DNA of 64,000 nt from Auanema rhodensis (Eukaryota > Animalia > Nematoda). The position numbers and the translations under genes are program-made. Positions within the stretch are counted from its first letter, which is position 1, and every line of letters begins with the position of its first letter. Under the pieces are notes generated by a model. That model saw only the letters and a list, made by a program, of their open reading frames with translations. It was not told the origin of the DNA and made no database searches. Location of the stretch: contig OZ059894.1 of NCBI GenBank assembly GCA_964057225.1, forward strand, positions 12,400,001 to 12,464,000, read 5' to 3'. Positions 57,001-64,000 of the stretch are shown piece by piece.

Positions 57001-60000
57001 AACGAAACGTTTAAATATATGAATGAACTTAACAATTATTTTACCAATATGCCAATGCAACAACTTTTTCTAATGTGAGACAAATTGAAGCCTAAGTTGA
57101 TGAGAACTTTGGAACAGTTGCAGTGACTCACACATGAAAACACATGCCAAACCGTTTTTTCTATCTCACATTATAACAAGTAACTTAACAACATAAGCAC
57201 ATCGAGGTTAAACGAGATTGATCATCATTTAACGAAACGTTTAAATATATGAATGAACTCAACAATTATTTTACCAATATGCCAATGCAACAACTTTTTC
57301 TAATGTGAGACAAATTGAAGCCTAAGTTGATGAGAACTTTGGAACAGTTGCAGTGACCCACACATGAAAACACATGCCAAACCGTTTTTTCTATCTCACA
57401 TTATAACAAGTAACTGAACAACATAAGCACATCGAGGTTAAACGAGATTGATCATCATTAAACGAAACGTTTGTATATATGAATGAACTTAACTATTATT
57501 TCACCAATATGCCAATACAACAACTTTTTTTAATGTGAGACAAATTGCAGCATAATTGGATGAGAACTTTAGAACAGTTGCAGTGACTCACACTTGAAAA
57601 CACATGCCAAACCGTTTTTTTTATCTCACAGTACAACAGAAAACTGAGCAACATATGAACATTGTGGTTGAACATGATGAGTCATCATTTACCGAAACGT
57701 TCGTATATATTATATGAATCAACTTAACAAATATTTCACCAATATGCCAATACAACAACATTTTTTTTAATGTGAGACAAATTGAAGCCTAATTTGATGA
57801 AAACTTTGAAACAGTTGCAGTGACTCACACATGAAAACACATGCCAAACCGTTTTTTCTATCTCACAGTATAACAAGTAACTGAACAACATAAGCACGTC
57901 AAGGTTAAACAAGATTGATCATAATTTAACGAAACGTTTAAATATATGAATGAACTTAACTACTATTTCACCAATATGCCAATACAACAACTTTTTTCAA
58001 TGTGAGACGAATTGCAGCATAATTTGATGAGAACTTTGGAACAGTTGCAGTGACCCACACATGAAAACACATGCCAAACCGTTTTTTCTATCTCACAGTA
58101 TAACAAGTAACTGAACAACATAAGCACGTCAAGGTTAAACAAGATTGATCATAATTTAACGAAACGTTTGTATATATGAATGAATTTAACATTTATTTTA
58201 CCAATAACCCAATGCAACTATCTTCTCTCATGTGAGACAAATTGAAGCCTAAGTTGATAAGAACTTTGGAACAGTTGCAGTGACCCACACATGAAAACAC
58301 ATGCCGAATCGTTTTTACTATCTCACATTATAACAAGTAACTGAACAACATAAGCCCATCGAGGTTAAACAAGATTGATCATCATTCAACGAAACGTTTA
58401 AATATATAAATGAACTCAATAATTATTTTACCAATATGCCAATGCAACAACATTTTTTTTAATGTGAGACAAATTGAAGCCTAATTTGATGAAAACTTTG
58501 AAACAGTTGCAGTGACTCACACATGAAAACACATGCCAAACCGTTTTTTCTATCTCACATTATAACAAGTAACTGAACAACATAAACTCGTCGAGGTTGA
58601 ACAAGATTGATCATCTTTTAACGAAACGTTTAAATATATGAATGAACTTAACAATTATTTTACCAATATGCCAATGCAACAACTTTTTCTAATGTAAGAC
58701 AAATTGAAGCCTAAGTTGATGAGAACTTTGGAACAGTTGCAGTGACTCACACATGAAAACACATGCCAAACCGTTTTTTCTATCTCACATTATAACAAGT
58801 AACTGAACAACATAAGCACATCGAGGTTAAACGAGATAGATCATCATTTAACGAAACGTTCAAATACATGAATGAACTCAACAATTATTTTACCAATATG
58901 CCAATGCAACAACTTTTTCTAATGTGAGACAAATTGAAGCCTAAGTTGATGAGAACTTTGGAACAGTTGCAGTGACCCACACATGAAAACACATGCCAAA
59001 CCGTTTTTTCTATCTCACATTATAACAAGTAACTGAACAACATAAGCACATCGAGGTTAAACGAGATTGATCATCATTAAACGAAACGTTTGTATATATG
59101 AATGAACTCAACAATTATTTTACCAATATGCCAATACAACAACATTTTTTTTAATCTGAGACAAATTGAAGCCTAATTTGATCAAAACTTTAGAACAGTT
59201 GCAGTGACTCACACATGGAAACACATGCCAAACCGTTTTTTCTATCTCACATTATAACAAGTAACTTAACAACATAAGCACATCGAGGTTAAACGAGATT
59301 GATCATCATTAAACGAAACGTTTGTATATATGAATGAACTCAACAATTATTTTACCAATATGCCAATACAACAACATTTTTTTTAATCTGAGACAAATTG
59401 AAGCCTAAGTTGATGAGAACTTTGGAACAGTTGCAGTGACTCACACATGAAAACACATGCCAAACCGTTTTTTCTATCTCACATTATAACAAGTAACTTA
59501 ACAACATAAGCACATCGAGGTTAAACGAGATTGATCATCATTAAACGAAACGTTTGTATATATGAATGAACTCAACAATTATTTTACCAATATGCCAATA
59601 CAACAACATTTTTTTTAATCTGAGACAAATTGAAGCCTAATTTGATCAAAACTTTAGAACAGTTGCAGTGACTCACACATGGAAACACATGCGTAACCGT
59701 TTTTTCTATCTCACAGTATAACAAGTAACTGAACAACATAAGCTCGTCGAGGTTAAACAAGATTGATCATCATTTAACGAAACGTTTAAATATATGAATG
59801 AACTTAACAATTATTTTACCAATATGCCAATGCAACAACTTTTTCTAATGTGAGACAAATTGAAGCCTAAGTTGATGAGAACTTTGGAACAGTTGCAGTG
59901 ACCCACACATGAAAACACATGCCAAACCGTTTTTTCTATCTCACATTATAACAAGTAACTGAACAACATAAGCACATCGAGGTTAAACGAGATTGATCAT

Positions 60001-63000
60001 CATTAAACGAAACGTTTGTATATATGAATGAACTTAACTATTATTTCACCAATATGCCAATACAACAACTTTTTTTAATGTGAGACAAATTGCAGCATAA
60101 TTGGATGAGAACTTTAGAACAGTTGCAGTGACTCACACTTGAAAACACATGCCAAACCGTTTTTTTTATCTCACAGTACAACAGAAAACTGAGCAACATA
60201 TGAACATTGTGGTTGAACATGATGATTCATCATTTACCGAAACGTTCGTATATATTATATGAATCAACTTAACAAATATTTCACCAATATGCCAATACAA
60301 CAACATTTTTTTTAATGTGAGACAAATTGAAGCCTAATTTGATGAAAACTTTGAAACAGTTGCAGTGACTCACACATGAAAACACATGCCAAACCGTTTT
60401 TTCTATCTCACATTATAACAAGTAACTGAACAACATAAGCACATCGAGGTTAAACGAGATTGATCATCATTAAACGAAACGTTTGTATATATGAATGAAC
60501 TTAACTATTATTTCACCAATATGCCAATACAACAACATTTTTTTTAATGTGAGACAAATTGAAGCCTAATTTGATGAAAACTTTAGAACAGTTGCAGTGA
60601 CTCACACATGGAAACACATGCCAAACCGTTTTTTCTATCTCACAGTATAACAAGTAACTGAACAACATAAGCTCGTCGAGGTTAAACAAGATTGATCATC
60701 ATTTAACGAAACGTTTAAATATATGAATGAACTTAACAATTATTTTACCAATATGCCAATGCAACAACTTTTTCTAACGTGAGACAAATTGAAGCCTAAG
60801 TTGATGAGAACTTTGGAACAGTTGCAGTGACCCACACATGAAAACACATGCCAAACCGTTTTTTCTATCTCACATTATAACAAGTAACTGAACAACATAA
60901 GCACATCGAGGTTAAACGAGATTGATCATCATTAAACGAAACGTTTGTATATATGAATGAACTCAACAATTATTTTACCAATATGCCAATACAACAACAT
61001 TTTTTTTAATGTGAGACAAATTGAAGCCTAATTTGATGAAAACTTTAGAACAGTTGCAGTGACTCACACATGGAAACACATGCCAAACCGTTTTTTCTAT
61101 CTCACAGTATAACAAGTAACTGAACAACATAAACTCGTCGAGGTTAAACAAGATTGATCATCATTTAACGAAAAGTTTAAATATATGAATGAACTTAACA
61201 ATTATTTTACCAATATCCCAATGCAACCACTTTTTCTAATGTGAGACAAATAGAAGCCTAAGTTGATGAGAACTTTGGAACAGTTGCAGTGACTCACACA
61301 TGAAAACACATGCCAAACCGTTTTTTCTATCTCACATTATAACAAGTAACTGAACAACATAAGCACATCGAGGTTAAACGAGATTGATCATCATTTAACG
61401 AAACGTTCAAATATATGAATGAACTCAACAATTATTTTACCAATATGCCAATGCAACAACTTTTTCTAATGTGAGACAAATTGAAGCCTAAGTTGATGAG
61501 AACTTTGGAACAGTTGCAGTGACCCACACATGAAAACACATGCCAAACCGTTTTTTCTATCTCACATTATAACAAGTAACTGAACAACATAAGCACATCG
61601 AGGTTAAACGAGATTGATCATCATTTAACGAAACGTTTAAATATATGAATGAACTCAACAATTATTTTACCAATATGCCAATGCAACAACTTTTTCTAAT
61701 GTGAGACAAATTAAAGCCTAAGTTGATGAGAACTTTGGAACAGTTGCAGTGACCCACACATGAAAACACATGCCAAACCGTTTTTTCTATCTCACATTAT
61801 AACAAGTAACTGAACAACATAAGCACATCGAGGTTAAACGAGATTGATCATCATCAAACGAAACGTTTGTATATATGAATGAACTCAACAATTATTTTAC
61901 CAATATGCCAATACAACAACATTTTTTTAAATGTGAGACAAATTGAAGCCTAAGTTGATGAGAACTTTGGAACAGTTGCAGTGACCCACACATGAAAACA
62001 CATGCCAAACCGTTTTTTCTATCTCACATTATAACAAGTAACTGAACAACATAAGCACATCGAGGTTAAACGAGATTGATCATCATTAAACGAAACGTTT
62101 GTATATATGAATGAACTCAACAATTATTTCACCAATAAGCCAATACAACAACATTTTTTTTAATGTGAGACAAATTGAAGCCTAATTTGATGAAAACTTT
62201 AGAACAGTTGCAGTGACTCACACATGGAAACACATGCCAAACCGTTTTTTCAGTCTCACAGTATAACAAGTAACTGAACAACATAAGCTCGTCGAGGTTA
62301 AACAAGATTGATCATCATTTAACGAAACGTTTAAATATATGAATGAACTTAACAATTATTTTACCAATATGCCAATGCAACAACTTTTTCTAATGTGAGA
62401 CAAATTGAAGCCTAAGTTGATGAGAACTTTGGAACAGTTGCAGTGACCCACACATGAAAACACATGCCAAACCGTTTTTTCTATCTCACATTATAACAAG
62501 TAACTGAACAACATAAGCACATCGAGGTTAAACGAGATTGATCATCATTAAACGAAACGTTTGTATATATGAATGAACTCAACAATTATTTCACCAATAT
62601 GCCAATACAACAACATTTTTTTTAATGTGAGACAAATTGAAGCCTAATTCGATGAAAACTTTAGAACAGTTGCAGTGACTCACACATGGAAACACATGCC
62701 AAACCGTTTTTTCTATCTCACAGTATAACAAGTAACTGAACAACATAAGCTCGTCGAGGTTAAACAAGATTGATCATCATTTAACGAAACGTTTAAATAT
62801 ATGAATGAACTTAACAATTATTTTACCAATATGCCAATGCAACAACTTTTTCTAATGTGAGACAAATTGAAGCCTAAGTTGATGAGAACTTTGGAACAGT
62901 TGCAGTGACTCACACATGAAAACACATGCCAAACCGTTTTTTCTATCTCACATTATAACAAGTAACTGAACAACATAAGCACATCGAGGTTAAACAAGAT

Positions 63001-64000
63001 TGATCATCATTTAACGAAACGTTCAAATATATGAATGAACTCAACAATTATTTTACCAATATGCCAATGCAACAACTTTTTCTAATGTGAGACAAATTGA
63101 AGCCTAAGTTGATGAGAACTTTGGAACAGTTGCAGTGACCCACACATGAAAACACATGCCAAACCGTTTTTTCTATCTCACATTATAACAAGTAACTGAA
63201 CAACATAAGCACATCGAGGTTAAACGAGATTGATCATCATTTAACGAAACGTTTAAATATATGAATGAACTCAACAATTATTTTACCAATATGCCAATGC
63301 AACAACTTTTTCTAATGTGAGACAAATTGAAGCCTAAGTTGATGAGAACTTTGGAACAGTTGCAGTGACCCACACATGAAAACACATGCCAAACCGTTTT
63401 TTCTATCTCACATTATAACAAGTAACTGAACAACATAAGCACATCGAGGTTAAACGAGATTGATCATCATTAAACGAAACGTTTGTATATATGAATGAAC
63501 TCAACAATTATTTTACCAATATGCCAATACAACAACATTTTTTTTAATGTGAGACAAATTGAAGCCTAATTTGATGAAAACTTTAGAACAGTTGCAGTGA
63601 CTCACACATGGAAACACATGCCAAACCGTTTTTTCTATCTCACAGTATAACAAGTAACTGAACAACATAAGCTCGTCGAGGTTAAACAAGATTGATCATC
63701 ATTTAACGAAACGTTTAAATATATGAATGAACTTAACAATTATTTTACCAATATGCCAATGCAACAACTTTTTCTAATGTGAGACAAATTGAAGCCTAAG
63801 TTGATGAGAACTTTGGAACAGTTGCAGTGACTCACACATGAAAACACATGCCAAACCGTTTTTTCTATCTCACATTATAACAAGTAACTTAACAACATAA
63901 GCACATCGAGGTTAAACGAGATTGATCATCATTTAACGAAACGTTTAAATATATGAATGAACTCAACAATTATTTTACCAATATGCCAATGCAACAACTT

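Larger units (their letters stand above)
1..64000 (+). repeat. AT-rich ~230-bp tandem satellite array (~276 monomers, head-to-tail, one orientation); probable centromeric/heterochromatic satellite
   Basis: Equivalent positions recur at 1, 233, 463, 693, 923 and onward (period 230, or 232 with the 'aacaacattttttt' variant). Cores 'aacagttgcagtgac', 'aaacacatgcc' and 'aacaacataag' recur throughout and the array runs off both window edges. The centromeric role is inference only. Confidence 0.99.

Noticed and set aside
1-64000. CRISPR array or cassette/variable-spacer system
   Set aside because: There are no unique spacers; the whole 230-bp unit is repeated and variation is SNP-level. No cas, integrase or RT gene is present.
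1-64000. Mouse major satellite (234 bp) or primate alpha satellite (171 bp)
   Set aside because: Only the length is similar to the former. The GAAAAATGA-type internal subrepeats of major satellite are absent, and neither period nor sequence matches alpha satellite.
1-64000. Tandem 5S rRNA, tRNA, snRNA or spliced-leader gene array; telomeric repeat
   Set aside because: I recognise no RNA-gene sequence, A/B/C boxes or cloverleaf, and no short G-rich telomeric unit. An Rfam/Infernal scan of the monomer would be the formal test.

Overview
The whole 64 kb window is one uninterrupted, head-to-tail, single-orientation satellite DNA array. The basic monomer is 230 bp (length variants of about 229-238 bp). 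A hand count of one monomer gives about 33% GC with A 90 / T 64, and the window holds roughly 276 copies. I find no credible protein-coding gene, RNA gene, transposon insertion, CRISPR array or inversion, and all ORF-track hits are satellite translations. The array is most likely eukaryotic centromeric, pericentromeric or heterochromatic DNA; I cannot assign a named family or species. The interest is structural. (1) Monomer classes recur in a preferred order but with variable period, a variable-length higher-order repeat. (2) A divergent ~110 bp segment ('D') occurs 47 times, plus 2 chimeric half-copies, and carries a 15-bp dyad around a TGAGTCA core. (3) Nested duplications of 1.6, 2.1, 3.2, 3.7, 3.9, 4.6-4.9 and ~14 kb can be traced by private SNPs. 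(4) Two SNP-defined subfamily domains alternate along the array. I see no evidence of a novel gene-based system. All coordinates and counts were made by eye.
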